Shown here in pieces: positions 11,561 to 25,607 of a DNA stretch of 64,000 bases (the first letter of the stretch is position 1; each line of letters starts with the position of its first letter). The notes under the pieces were generated by a model. That model did not search any database, was not told the origin of the DNA, and was given only the letters and a program-made list of their open reading frames with translations. Position numbers and translations under genes: made by a program. This DNA is from Octopus sinensis (taxonomy: Eukaryota), in the NCBI RefSeq assembly GCF_006345805.1, contig NC_043001.1:59024001-59088000 (forward strand). The letters run 5' to 3'.

Positions 11561-14215
11561 TGTGTTCATAGATGAAAAATTTTGATTATGTATGAGGCAC
11601 ATATTGGTTGCAAATATGTTTTGAATTTTTAGTGGGAAATATTTTGTTACAGAATTACTAAAATATATGTGACAAATGTTATAACGGAACACCAAATTAA
11701 GTCCTATGTTCTTTTCGTTTATTATTGGTGTGCTGTTTATATGAAGACCTCTTCAAATCTCAAATGTTAGATTTCCAACAAATATTGCGAATTAATTAAT
11801 ACCAAGCCAACTGGTTCAAAAATAGAGGTGTATGCATTATGTCTACTATCATTGCTCTGGAAATAACCAGACAATACAAAAATACAATTTTGATAACGGG
11901 TTAGAAGGAATTATTTCACCTAAAATACCTGACACATCCGAGAATTGAACGAACACCTCAGTAAATAATCTCCTCTGTACCTGCACGATATAATTTATTT
12001 TATGAGTCGCTGAGTTTTCCACTGACGCGTGTAAGCTTAGTGTTGTATTGGGTGGGGTAAACTTCCACAAGACGTGGCTCGTCTCAAGCTGATAGTAAAG
12101 TATAGATGCTCATGTTACCAGGCGGTGGGATCAAACCTGGATCCTTCCGATTACATAGTGAAATTCGTAATTTCCGGCTACTGCATGTGTAAATATAATT
12201 ATGATTTGTAACTTATCAATTATTCTGGTGCAAAGCAAGAATCTATTATATTTCGTGAAAGAATTTAACTTGTATTATTTTATCACTGAGGAGTATTTGA
12301 AATCAAAACAATTTTTTTCCTATTCGTAACTGTTGGGATTTTGTCTACTCTTCTACAGATTTTCCCCTCTTCCTGATTAGTGTGAAAATTAAAATTAGAA
12401 ATTTGAAAATAGGGTATGACGAATCACGTTATCATATCTTACCATCTGTGATTATACTTTTATTCTATTCATTTTATGCAGCTGCTATCGAGTACACAAC
12501 CATACACACACATCTATATGTAGGCGCATGTATGTATGCGTGTGTGTATGGCTTTGCGTGTATGTGCGTGTGTGTATGTACGTGTGTGTATGTACGTGTG
12601 TGTATGTGTGTGTATGTGTGTGTGCATGTGTCTGTATCTATGTGTGCGTATGTGTGTATGTGTGTGTGAGTGTGTGTGTGTTCTTGGGTAGCTACGCTGA
12701 TAACATACCGACCGCCATAAAATGACATTATATTTAGTGACAAGCAGGATCCGCAGAATACTTAAAGCGCTAGGAAAATGTTATAGAATACAGCATTTTT
12801 ATTCTGAGCTCAAATTACACCGAAAATTGGTTTGCATACGTCATTCCATGGACAATGAAAGAATGTACCAGTAAAATAAAAGGTTCCAGCACTGATGTCT
12901 GAGGAAAGGTTTTTTTGGTAATAGCAACAATATACAAAAGATAACAAATCTGATGCCTTGAAACTATAATTCGAAAAATATCGATATTCAGCTGGAGTAA
13001 CAACACATGAAAATGTATGAGCATGACAACTGCTCTCTTTCTCTTCTCTACTCAAAGAAATGCCATTGCTCCGTCGAAATATTAACTTAATTAGGTTAAG
13101 AAGCATTAAACTCGAAAACGTAGATGCTGCAGAAGCTGAACAGCAGAAGAATCATCATCATTATAAGCAATAGCAACAGCAGTAGTAGTAGTAGAGTTAG
13201 CATCCGCAAAAATATCTACGCCGTTTAACTACTTCATTTTCAACTTTGGTAATCATAAAGATAATTAAATGTTTTTGGCTTCATTTGAAAGACAGTTTTG
13301 TTTAAGGCATTGCCCATAGAATAAACATCTAATGAGATGAAATATAGTAATTTTCGAGGCCATTCAAATGAAGTGTTGTCGGAAATTAAATGAGTTGGGA
13401 ATGACGTTCATTAGGACACAATATGGCCTTAAAGAGAAAGTTCTGTGACGGAGTCTGAAAACCGCTGCAATTACAAAGCATTTATTTTAATTTCATGTCT
13501 CTTCGTGTCAACAAAAGGAAACACCAAATATTATAACAATATTCAACCGACATCTAGAATTTTTAGTGGAAAGAGGCAAATCGTGATATTATATAGCACA
13601 CAAAATGTTCAAAAGTGTAAAGAGCAGAATGTAATGTTAACTCACATTCTTACACATGTCATGTCTCCATCATATCGCACTGTAGTAGATTTAGACACAT
13701 TCTCACACACACAAACACGCAAATACGCATATGATTAAATGATATATATAAATATTTCCAGAGAGACAGAGAGAGTGAGTGAGACAGACAGAGATACATA
13801 TACATAGACACTCACACAGTATACCCCAATGCACAGCTATGAGGTGGTTCAAAAATAGTAGAAGAATAAAGTAGTTTAACATTTATATCAAAAGGTCATT
13901 CACAAGGCAATAATGATTTATCAATTTGGCAAAAGGCCACGCAATTTGCAATAGAATTTTAAATCGGAAAAAAATGCATATTGCTGGTATTCATTTGAAC
14001 AACGATAGATACACATTGCAGTAGCTGAAATTCCTACAAATGAAAGCGTCATCTATTGCAGTATTTCAAAACTATTCTGTATACTGGAGGACACTTTTAA
14101 TGCGGTAGTGGTTCTTAAATAATGCCAAAGTAAAAAAAAACAACCCAGCAGTAGGGTGTAAGGAATAAAACACACAAACACACACACAGACATACACACA
14201 CAGCAACACAAACAC

Positions 14216-14569
<354 letters not shown>

Positions 14570-14570
<1 letters not shown>

Positions 14571-14720
14571 GATAAAACACAAGATGTGTGTCTGTCTCGT
14601 ATGTTTGTGATGTCGTTAAAACTCGAGATCCACCCAACCGATTTTATTGAAATTTTACACATGCATTATATAGAGTCGATGGAGTGTCATGGGCCGAAAA
14701 AAGTTTCAAATTCTTCAATA
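14570..14720 (+). mobile_element. Possible Helitron/HINE-type 5' region
   Basis: TATAGATAAAAC..GTGTGTCTGTC..AACTCGAGATCCACCCAACCGATTTTATTGAAATTTTACAC resembles 5' segments of non-autonomous rolling-circle elements; no 3' end identified. Confidence 0.35.
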
Positions 14721-15119
14721 ATGCGGGCGCAAGGGCAGACAAATTGCATTTGTTAAGAATCTTCGCAGCGTTAAGGCCCGTAACTTGAAGAGTATCCAAT
14801 TGTTTTCCACCAAATTTGCAACACCACTTAATCAGGTTCTTCGAATTACTGTTGTCTAAGAAAAATTCCGACTCAAACAAAGGGCCTCACAAAGAAAACT
14901 TTGCAACTGAGTAAAGTGCTCAAATGGAGTTTTTGGTGTACGTGGGTTCGTGTCCCATACCTGTTCGTTAACAAACATTTCCGCTTTGTTAGGGTAATTT
15001 ACCAAAAGTTTCTGCTCTTCTAGCGGTGTTTCTGCGTTCGAAAAATTATAAGTATGTAATTTGTATGGTACAATACCCCTTTCGACGCTTAAAAAGCATA
15101 ACTGTTTGTTATTTTACTA

Positions 15120-15500
15120 GTTTCAGTCGCTTGAAATAAGTAAAAGCACCGCCTTAGAGGGTTTTAGCCGAAGAAATCGATCCCAGGTTTTTTTCTTTGT
15201 AAGCGTAGTTCTTATTCTATCGGTTACTTTTGCCGAACTGCTCGCTTTCGGGAATATAAATACACCAACATTGGTTGCCAAGTGTTAATGGGGGGAGGTC
15301 AAATATAGACACAAAGACGTAGATGCATAGATATATACATAAATATATATATGTGTGTGCGACTGGTTTCTTTTAGGTTTCGTCTACCAAGTCTTCTCAC
15401 AAGGCGTTGATCGGCCCGAGGCTATAGTAAAAGACACTTACCCAAGGTGCCACGCAATGGGGCTAAACCCGAAACCGTGTGGTTGGGAAGTAGGCTTCGT
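15120..15500 (-). mobile_element. SINE family 1, decayed near-full copy
   Basis: GGCCCGAGGCTATAGTAAAAGACACTTACCCAAGGTGCCACGC and TTATTCTATCGG..TTTTGCCGAAC shared with the other copies. Confidence 0.85.
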
Positions 15501-16145
15501 ACATCATATCCATGACTGTTTCTTTATATCTATATACAATTAGTTGTGCATTTAGCTTTATAGCGTCCAGATTTGCGGATAAAATTTGTCAGCGAGCAGA
15601 TTAGCTTAATGATAAAGCACTCAGCCGGGGTATTTGAGAGATGTGGGTCCGAGACCAATGGCTGTTTTATGACATTCTTTTTTTCCTCTTTCTAAGGGCA
15701 ATTTACCCTATATTGCTACTGATCTAACGGTGTTTCCACGTTCGAAAATAAAAGTGACATCATCTTAGTGGTATCGTATAAATGTTCCGTTTTTATAATA
15801 TAGGACTAATTTTATCACATTATATCATTAATCTTCGCGCTTTAACGTACACCTATTTTGTATTTCGGTTTCCTTAATTCTTCCACCGACCCTTTATCCC
15901 ATTCTTCCAAATATTTCGCTATCTGCTCACATAATACTTGAGTAAAAGTTCATCATTACTTTTCCTTTATTTCGCTTCAAAAGAAGTAGTTCTAACAATT
16001 TATTTTAATTTACAATGTTTTGCCATGAACGTTGTAATACTAGGTTTAGTATTACAACACTTAAACTATTTCTTCAAAATAAATATAAAGGTTACCAATG
16101 TGAGAAAATTTATGAGGTATTCTTTAATATTGGTTATATGATGTA

Positions 16146-16350
16146 AGGCAAAAACGTTAGCAGGCGGGCGAAATGCTTAGCAGTATTTCGTCTGTTTTCA
16201 AATTCTGAGTTCAAATTCCACCCACGTCGACTTTGCCTGTCATCCTTTCGGGGCCGATAAATTAAGTACCAGTTGCGTACTGGGATTGATCTAATCGACT
16301 GCACCTCTTCTCCAAAATTTCGGGCCTTGTATCTAGAGTAGAAAAGAATA
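16146..16350 (+). mobile_element. SINE family 2
   Basis: GGCAAAAACGTTAGCAGGCGGGCGAAATGCTTAGC..GAGTTCAAATTCC (B box)..GACTTTGCCTGTCATCCTTTCGGGGCCGATAAATTAAGTACCAG; related fragments at 36735-36785, ~28930-29060 (minus), ~59660-59715 and ~5405-5445. Confidence 0.85.
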
Positions 16351-16899
16351 TTTGTCAGATGATGTCAGAAATAATCTTTCAATTTTTAATTATGCATTTC
16401 TTCACTTTTATGAGTTTTGGTTTGCCAGTATCCTCTCCATCTATGCTTTTCATATATTCATCAGTTTATCGAAATGTGGTCGTGCGTACGTGCATACATA
16501 CATAGGTATATAAATGTAACAGCGTATATGCAGTTAATTGTATGTATCCATGAACACACACACATATATGTATATAGGGAGTGAGATAGATAGATAGATG
16601 TGAGATTACGTGGAGCCATGTAAGAGTGTGAAAGTGTAAATACATGTACACGAATGAATGCGCCGTTGATAAAGAAGATATGTATTTGTTATCCAAAGAT
16701 CCAAGAAAGCAAAATATTTTATAATACATTTCAAAAAATGTTTCAGCTTCTTTCATTTTATTTCTATTGTCATTTCTATTGATTTGCGTTCATCAATATC
16801 AAGCGTACGTTTCTTCCTCTCCCTCGTCGTCTAAATATTGGCATGCATAGTAAAGAATACACACGCACACATATATATATATATATATATACACACTCT

Positions 16900-17472
16900 A
16901 TAGCTGAGTAGCCCGTCGTTACCGAGCAGCTTTCGAAATATATTTAAGTAATTTTTTCTTTTGTTTTCCTTATCAAACTATGTCTTCCCCCAATGGATTG
17001 GCCTCTTAAACAGGACGGATTTGTCAAAATTTTCGCAGAAATTATTCATGAAGGAGTTTTTCCTTTTTTAAATATTTACATGCCTGTTCGACCGTTTCAC
17101 ATGATTTTATGCATTAATACTTATTAAAACTTCAGAACTTCTTACAACTTTCTTCGTCGTATTATGATAAATATTTTGTGGATTGACAGCTACCACCAAG
17201 AAAATGCTAGCTTCCACATCCTGTTTTTGATTAGTAAAAATTATCAAACTGTAATCCTCTGTAACATTTTCCTAGAACTTTTTTGTAGAACAAATAAGGA
17301 AATCGGATTGAGCGTGAAAAATTACATCAGCATAGCAAATTTGAATACTTTCACTTCATTTTTAAAATTTTAAAGCTTCTGACAGCAACCCAGAATCTTT
17401 AGAGGTAGATAGACAGACTGTATTAAGATTGGCTCACACATATACAAACGCATAGACACATTATATAGTAGA
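16900..17472 (-). mobile_element. Probable non-autonomous Helitron-type element
   Basis: Minus-strand 5' end TCTACTATATAA (17472 downward); 3' end has a GC-rich imperfect hairpin CTCGGTAACGACGGG followed by CTACTCAGCTAT (CTAG-like terminus). Confidence 0.55.
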
Positions 17473-18010
17473 CGGATGTCTGTATGTGTCTGTCTACCTG
17501 TCGGTCTGTCTGTATGTATGTATTATGTATGTATGTATTATGTAGGTATGTATTATGTATGTGTGTGTGTATCTGTGTCGGTGTGTATGTGCACGTGATT
17601 ATGCATGTGCGTGTTTCTTTGTGATAAACAGCAAAAACGCAGCATGCGAACAAGTCTTGTCAACTTACCAACAACCTATCTCCTTAAAGATGAGTATTCC
17701 TCATCCCCATATTTCTTTCCATCCCTCAGTGTTTTAAATTTACTTATGTGTATGAGTGTTCGTGTGTGTGTGTGTGAGTACGTGCGGGTGTCTGTTTGTG
17801 TGCCTGTGTCTGTGTCCGTGCGTGCATGTACCTATGTATATATGTACGTGTGCATTCAGTATACATCGTCATATATTTTCGTCTTTTACGATGACCCTCC
17901 CACTGCTTGAAAATTTCCAAATTTAGAATCTTTCACTTAACTCTCTCTTATCCCTCTTGTTCATGTTCAGTGCAACTCATCTCGCATCTCACACTTTCTT
18001 CATACAACAG

Positions 18011-18133
18011 CTAAAATAGCCGAGAGATTGTAAAGACTTTTGTAAGTCGTAGATTATGTGTGTGTGTGTGTTTGTGTGTGTTTAGACTCTTCATCAAAAT
18101 AGGGAAAAATCGCAGTATATCTATCAATAATTC
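18011..18133 (-). repeat. Inverted copy of 19105-19338
   Basis: CTAAAATAGCCGAGAGATTGTAAAGACTTTTGTAAGTCGTAGATTAT-(TG)n-..GAAAAATCGCAGTATATCTATCA is the reverse complement of the 19.1-19.3 kb segment, with a shorter (CA)n. Confidence 0.9.
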
Positions 18134-18574
18134 TGTCTTTCCCTCAGCTTGTTAAAAGTGTTGTGAATGAATCGTCATTAGAATTGATTTATTGGTAAAT
18201 TCATACATTTTAAGTACACCAAGAGGCTTCATTTTGTCCTTTACCTTCTTCTATTTTCTTCACCTCCTCTATCATCTAGTATAGATTGCTCCTTCCTTCA
18301 TTTCTCCATTCTTTTATCACTCTATATTGCACGACACATTTCACCTTATTAAATCATATTTTGCAGCATCCTTTACGCACTTCTATTTATTATTCATAAA
18401 CTTGAACATTTTGTTTTTTATATTCTTCCCCTTCAAATTTCTAGCTTGTCAATCGGTCTTCTTGGTTTACTTCATTATCTAACTACGTTCTCCAAATGTA
18501 TCCATGTGTGTGTGTATCTGTGCGTGCGTGGGTGCGAGCGCATGCATGTGTGTACATATATGTGTTCAATACCT

Positions 18575-18932
18575 ATGCGAGGGTCGGCTGAAAGTTCATA
18601 GGCTGAGCAACTTATGTCATGGAATGTGATGATCAAATGAGGCTTGTTTTTCGACACAGCCCCCACACTTGCTGTATACACACTTATGTTGGTGCTGCCG
18701 TGCTTGGATCCTATTGGTCAAGTGCTTCCATCCGACTACTGAAAAAGTTCACAACAAAAGATATGACGTCATCATCATTGTTATACACTGGTTACCGAAG
18801 TGTTGAGGAACACATGTTTGTCAGATGGGGACAAACCAGGAGATTAATGGAAGGTGATCAACCAGTTCAAAGCTATAGTCACGTACAACAGCCAGCGTAA
18901 CCAGGAACATGTGTACTAGACCATTGTCTCGA
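18575..18932 (-). mobile_element. Mariner transposon 3' fragment with TIR
   Basis: Minus strand RDNGLVH..VVRDYSFELVDHLP/SPGLSPSDKHVF (resembles QDNAPAH..HPPYSPDLAPSD); terminus TATGCGAGGGTCGGCTGAAAGTTC. Confidence 0.75.
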
Positions 18933-19181
18933 TATACATATATGTGTGTGTGTGAAGCAATTCAATGAATAATATATTTACACATTTTTTTTTATCTAGA
19001 ATCAATTATACAGTATATTTAATTTAAATCTGTCCGTCATATGTTTCTGCTGCTTGGATATCTCTCAATATGGTTTTCATTTTCATCCCGTTTGTTCATC
19101 TGATGAATTACTGATAGATATACTGCGATTTTTCCATATTTTGATGAAGAGTGTATATACACACACAAACACACACACACA

Positions 19182-19219
<38 letters not shown>

Positions 19220-19769
19220 GCGCACAGACAAGCACACACACACACACAAACGCACAGACAAGCACACACACACGCGCGCGCACACACACATATAATCTAC
19301 GACTTACAAAAGTCTTTACAATCTTTCGGCTATTTTAGAGAATTTCAGTTGGAACATTGTTTAAAGAACTCTACCACAGTTTATTGTCCCCATTTTAATC
19401 ATGATCACAACATGTAGCTCTCACAGCTGCAATAGCAGAAGGATCAACACAAATATATCGCACCCAGTGTACAACAATAGCAACTTGTCAAACTGTTGTG
19501 TGAGAGTAGAACACGCATATTTGGTTGGCTCCTAATAGATTGTGCCACAATATAAATGGACGTGCAGAGAGAGTCGGGGAACTGTGTAAAGCCGGAAGAT
19601 TTGCGTATTGTCGAATTAATATCGTTTCGCGTAAGTTGTCCTTTGTTTAAGGTTCTCCATAGCAGAGTTACCTATTTTTGGAATTGTTGAACCGTCTTGA
19701 TTGATTGTTATATTGTTTGATTTTTGTCTTGTTTTCTCCCCCAGTGGGGGCGAAAATTGCAGTGAGCAA

Positions 19770-20270
19770 TGGAAGAGTTGCAAATTACGCTTCGTACTAA
19801 GTTGAGAGAATATAACAGCTACTGTGAACCAACTGGAAGTCAAAGAAGTACTTATGGACTTTGAAACAGCACGAAACAGCAAGAAATTAATCCAAAGAGA
19901 GGAGTCAAGATTAAAATTGACCCCGCCGGGAGATATAACAAGAAGTAAAAAGGAAAATATGGTGGTTTATAGAACCCTATCACTGACAAGCAAGAAAATA
20001 GAAATAACCTCCAAGGAAGCTATAGAAGAGTGCTTGGAAGATATAAGAAGTGACATTGAATTTTTCTGCAGAGGAAGAAAGTATAGCTGCCTGGAGGTGC
20101 GCTTTCCTACTTTGTAGAAGGCAGTAAAGTACTCAACTGTAACACTGAAAACAGAGGAATGGACACTCCGGCCAACCTCTCTCGGGAAACGAGTGGTGAG
20201 AGTAAGGAGTGGCTTGGTGCCCCCTGAGATTAACAGGATGTAGTTGCTTTCAGCAATCTTAATAGGAACA
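19770..20270 (+). pseudogene. L1/Tx1-like ORF1 N-terminal fragment
   Basis: ENMVVYRTLS..EAIEECLEDIRSDIEFFCRGRKYSCLEVRF..LGKRVVRVRSGLVPPEI aligns by eye with the ORF1 at 45836-47038 (ERTVVLRT..EIEKELAEYLPSFKFIRRGAKYGTVCVLF..VRGLPPGI); contains in-frame stops. Confidence 0.65.
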
Positions 20271-20274
20271 ACAA

Positions 20275-21795
20275 ATATCGGTGGTGTATATTTCGTTTGT
20301 CACTGTTAGTATATCGTTCGAGCGTTTGTACTCGTTTTAGCCTTAGGGTTTTAGGGTTAGGGCTACGGAAAAACTGAGATATGAAGAAATTGGAGGGGGA
20401 GTGTGGAAAGTCTTTCCGAAAATAATAGCTGAAAAACAGGAAAAGACTAAAAGCAGTAGAAATGCACGAATGATTGTGGTGATGCCATGAAGTAAATATG
20501 CTTCAGATATACACGTTTATTCATACTGTAGCGATATTGATATCCTCACTGTTTGAGAGACACGTTAGGAATCATCTCGTTTGACGTTACAACCATCTTT
20601 GAGCTAGTTTGACCCTGTTGTGTCCACTGCTCTGATTGGTTGGCATTTGGTGCGGTTCGTCTCTCGAAATATTCCGCGCCAGTGTATAAGCCAACCAATC
20701 ACGGCCTTTAGATAAGGTCTCGTGACACTGTGTTTCAGATGCTCTGTTTGAACCATTTTAACCTTTTAGATAGGCCAGCTTTCACTATTCTACGTCTTTC
20801 GGTTTCAGACCTTTTAAGGTCTAGTCACTGACCACAGAGCTACTCAGCCATGTTCCAGTTCCAGCGACAGACGACCAGCCAGCCAACCATGCTACTGCTC
20901 CAGCTATGAAGACGCTATTATACACCAGCGACAGCCAGAACGTTTTCCATAGCCGCCGCCGTCATCACCATCGTCGTCTCCTTTTCCATCGACTTCAACA
21001 TGTACACATCAACAACTACACAGGTTTAACCCACGCTGTTTGTTTGAATCTTTCACCGAGGAAAAACAGCTAGCCTACCTGAACATCTATCTATATCAAG
21101 ATACTCGGCTCGGCATTGAAGCCCCAACCGCTGCCTGCACGACAAGTGCCTCAACTGGCCTCCGCCTCGAGACCCCCAGCATCTTGTTATAGAACTTACT
21201 ACTGTGTACCTCTTGAACTGGTAAACACAATATGCTCAGACTTATCTTATGCTCTGTATTTCTGTTGTATATGCATACACCTTTGTCGGTACCTTCTGTC
21301 GCACATACGAACACACAGACATAAATACTATGCGCACGCATTCATACACAACACTACGCTAGAACTCACAACACTTTCACTTTGTACATTGTGTAAATAA
21401 AGTCTTCTCTCTCAAACAGTAGAACGGCTTGTCGTCCTTCATTATATCTTTTGACACTGTATGTTATATTATGTATATGGCATCTTATTATGTTAGAGTC
21501 GACATTTGTCACCAACTCCTTACGTACGCATATGCATTTTCCCTACAATACAAACGTAACTGAGATGAAATATGTCATAAATAACAGTGACAAACGAAAT
21601 GTACACACGTCATTGATTGGTTGAAATTACCGAAATACGATAACTTTAACAGGAAATAACTTTGAAAATACAAACTTTTCTCAACAATACTAAGAGTAAA
21701 AGATGTTATATATGACACATTCTACCAGTGTCCGAAGTTTGAAAGTGTTTAGTTACAAAAAATTAATTTCTCGATCTGCCGTCCTGAAATAAAAC
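20275..21795. mobile_element. Truncated inverted-repeat DNA element containing TTAGGG units, related to the 59.1-60.5 kb foldback; interrupted by a solo LTR
   Basis: Inverted pair GTGTATATTTCGTTTGTCACTGTT (~20284) / AACAGTGACAAACGAAATGTACAC (~21583); GACACATTCTACCAGTGTCCGAAGTTTGAAAGTGTTTAGTTAC resembles the foldback TIR; three TTAGGG at 20343-20362. Confidence 0.65.
20527..21547 (+). mobile_element. Solo LTR (Ty3/Gypsy-type)
   Basis: TGTAG..CTACA termini, exact 4-bp TSD ATAC (20523-20526 / 21548-21551), AATAAA near 21397. Confidence 0.85.
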
Positions 21796-21910
21796 TTAAA
21801 GAAATGACGCTGAAAAGAAATGGTATCTAAAACTACAATGAATCACTTCGGTACAGATTTAATGAAAGAATTCGACCTGTAGGTTCCACCATTGACCTGT
21901 AGGTTCAACC

Positions 21911-22630
21911 ATTGTGGCATCTGATGCCAGTAGCTACGGCATAAAAGCTGTGATATTGCATAAATTTAATGATCGTAAAATCAAGGCTATTGCACATGCA
22001 TCAACAGTTCTTCTAGTATCAGAAAAAGAAAATACAGACAGATCGAAGAGGGAGTTTTATTATTAATTTTTGCAGTAAATAAATTCCTACACGGTAGGAA
22101 GTTTACGCTGCAGACTGATCACCGACCGTTACTGTCTATATTCGGTTCGAAAAAGAGTATGTCCACGCATTCAGCAAACCGTTTACAGTGCTGGGGGACT
22201 ATTTTGTTAAACTATGAATTTCAAATGGAGTTTATGCCATCAAAGAAAAATGGACATGCAGGCAGGTTGTCTACGCTAATTCTAAAATATAAGGAACTTT
22301 TTGAAGACACGGTAATTGCATCGTTAAAACTAGAAATGCAACAGAAGAACATTTTCTACAATGTAGTACGTGATTTGTAGGTAACGCAAGAAGGAATTAA
22401 ATTAAAATCAGGAAAAGTTGTTAATAAACAAGATTTTAAAAATACTGTTGGAAAATAATACGAAAAATAATATAAGTGAGCAGAACGCAGGTTCAAACAT
22501 TATTCAGCATGTGATGGTGTATTATTATATGCACAAAGAGTGGTAATGCCTGAAGCACCGCAAAACAGAATATTGAAAGACTTCTATGCAGGACATCCGG
22601 GGACTGCCTTGATGAAAAGCCACATGAAGA
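21911..22630 (+). pseudogene. Ty3/Gypsy pol fragment (RNase H and start of integrase zinc-binding domain)
   Basis: IVASDASSYGIKAVILH..IAHAS..FAVNKFLHGRKFTLQTDHRPLLSIFGSKK..ANRLQCWGTILLNYEF..; later RVVMPEAPQNRILKDFYAGHPG; frameshifts and stops. Confidence 0.9.
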
Positions 22631-25607
22631 TTTAGGATTCTGCCAACTCACCGCCTTAACGGATGATAATATTAACAATTTCAAATCCACGCATCTACCT
22701 ACACTAATGGCACTATAATATTTTACCATTTTCCATCGGTGAAGTATAAAATCTGAGGAGCCTTCACAATTTTGAACTCAGTATCGGAATTGGTGACTTC
22801 TAACAAATACATTAATCGATATTTATTACAGAATTTCCAAATAACAATGCGCGGAGTAAAAAATATTTCAATACCTTCAAATAGTATCATATTTTAGTAA
22901 ACAAAGAAATAAAGACAGCAGTTATTCGTAAACAATAAAACTTCATTAACAATATTTTACGGTAAGGTGAACAAAAAATATCATATGCTTTCAATTCGAA
23001 TAGATGAATGCGTTAAATTTTCTGACTATGGCAAATTGAATAGATGAATAAGGGATCCATTTTCTAAAGGCATGTCAGCAAACAATCAAAATTCGATTGC
23101 GTATATCTGTGTTTATGTATATTTTTGATTATTTACTATAACACTATAATACTACTCTGTTTCTTTCTTATTTCTCCATACAGACACGCACACATGCACA
23201 CGCGCGCGCGCGTATATATATGCACACACGTATGTGTACGCACACACACACATACACACACACAGACACTCACTCTCACACACATACACGCACGCACACA
23301 CACACACATATATATATACAGAAATACATTTGCCTGCAGACACGTGTGTATGTGCACTTTTCCTCGTGTATTTGGGGCTGTTTTTAGCCAACTTCGGTGC
23401 CCAAATTTTACGCCGACCACAGTTTCCCAATTTCTCGATCAATTATTTGTTGTCAGAGTAACACTGTAAATGATCTTCCTTCAAATTTCACATGGTATAA
23501 AGTTACGATATAGAGAAGGAAAGAAGACTAAGTATATATATATATGTGAGTCTGTGATACATATATAAAGAGAAAGAGAGGGAGAGCAAGAGAGGGAGAG
23601 AAAGAGAAAAAGAGAGAGAAAGACAGACTGAGAATGAGAAAAGGGTTTTTATTTAATGTCTGATATTTTATTTATCTATAATCCATTAGTTGCAATTTGT
23701 TTTTAATATATTGAATTTCACGATTTGCCTGGAAAAACCCTACTCCCTATAGTTCCTGTCTTAGTTCCTGTAGCATAAAACTAAGAACTGGTTTTTGACT
23801 GCATCTGTTTTCTTTTACTTTTATTTTCATCATTATTACAGTCATGTTTACGTTTGTTTGTTTGTTTTAGATTTATCTAAATTCGTAGGAGCATTTAAAT
23901 ATATGCTCTGTATCTATATTACAAAACTATGAACTTTGCTACGTCTATAGATTCCTTTTATAAATTTTAGGATTGCAAATAAGCTTTCTAGGGTCACGTT
24001 ATCGCGTTCAAATCATACAACATTGGTTCTGTATTTGATATAATCTTATCAAAGCATTTAAAATTATAGTTGCTAAAACACTCTTTAAACAAATAGGATA
24101 CGATTTTACTATTGGTTTCTGTCCTTGCTTTTTGATCTTCACTGTAACACACTGGAAAACAGTTTCTTTTGTTTTATAGAGTAATATTTTTTGGAAGATA
24201 AGTTCCTTTATTTGTTTCACTATGCAAATATAATCAATTAACTTGCGTATACATTTCAATGCTTCCCATTTAGACATGTTACTTTACGCAAAAATAGAGC
24301 TAAAACTGGTGTAGTCTACAAAGCAAGCACCAAGGTTTAAGTGACACAAACACCGCCAAAGTTATATCAATATCGATTTATATCTCGCTATAGTTGATCA
24401 GTGAAGCTGAAGTTACGGAGTGATAAATCATTCTATAAATGCTTAGAACAAGATGAAATGTTGGCTCATCACTCCAAACAGATATCTGAACATATAGTAG
24501 ACCTTATTGTTCATATTTCCCTATAGACATAATATGTTGACGTCCAAATGAATTATATAACTTCTGAAAGTCTATCCAAGGAACATTCATGGGTGTCATA
24601 TCAGATGCATTTATATAAGTGAAGATATTTTATGAAAGGGAATGAATATATTTTCCTTGATTTTGTCATATAGCACGTAAAACGAGAGTACTTGCGTTTT
24701 GTGGTTTTTAGATTTGGTCATGTGTAAATTTACTATATTGGAAGAAGTGTCAGTAATATGGCCCAAGTGCTTTTCTGAAATATTTTGTGCATAGAATAAT
24801 ATAAATATAATCTTAGATCCTGTAACAAACATTCTATAATAATACCAAAGAATATCCTAATATATATCTCAACGTTAAGTGAAGCAGAGTCGAAATGAAT
24901 ATAAAATTATAATATTTGTCTCTTTCTTAATTATCTACTCGCTAAAACTGCGTAAGGAGCTACTCGCTGGCTAGTTAAGAGAACGGAAAATAATTTCTGA
25001 AATAGTCAGTATGGTAATTAATGAAATATACCTAGCAAATGAGATAACAAGCCTTGCTTTTATTCATATTAGTTTTCATTTCACCTTACACACAATCTTT
25101 TTGTCAAGCTGAAGAACATCACATAGAATAATAAATCCGCAATATCGGATCACGATAAACCAGTAATCTATTTGGGGTTCGTACTATATAATTAAAACAA
25201 ATCATAAATATTCAGCCACCACAACATTAGTCTACTATATAGAGTATTCTGGATCTTCTATAACACAATTACATGGACCTATTTATCGCGGATGTTACGT
25301 TCCAAAATCCCCCAACAATAGGTGAAAGTCTGTGAAGAAAAAACATTACTGTACTGTATATTTTTTATATATAATATGTATATATTTATTCTATTATAAA
25401 TGGGAAACACCACCACACACTCGCCTCTCGAGTTTCGTTTTCCATACAGTATGTGCGATTCTTTGTTTATTCATCTACTGTAAACTACGTATTTTCTTTC
25501 AGTATATTGTAATTCATGTTATACTGTACAGTACTGTACTGTATTTTTATTTATTAATTTATTATTTTACCACAGAGATAACTAAAAAATTTTTAAAATA
25601 TTAATAC

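Noticed and set aside
19340-19608. KYIAPSVQQ.QLVKLL resembling a hAT transposase motif in the duplicated segment
   Set aside because: Single short, stop-interrupted similarity; insufficient without a search.
20343-20362. Telomere or chromosome-fusion site
   Set aside because: Only three units, internal to a transposon-like element.
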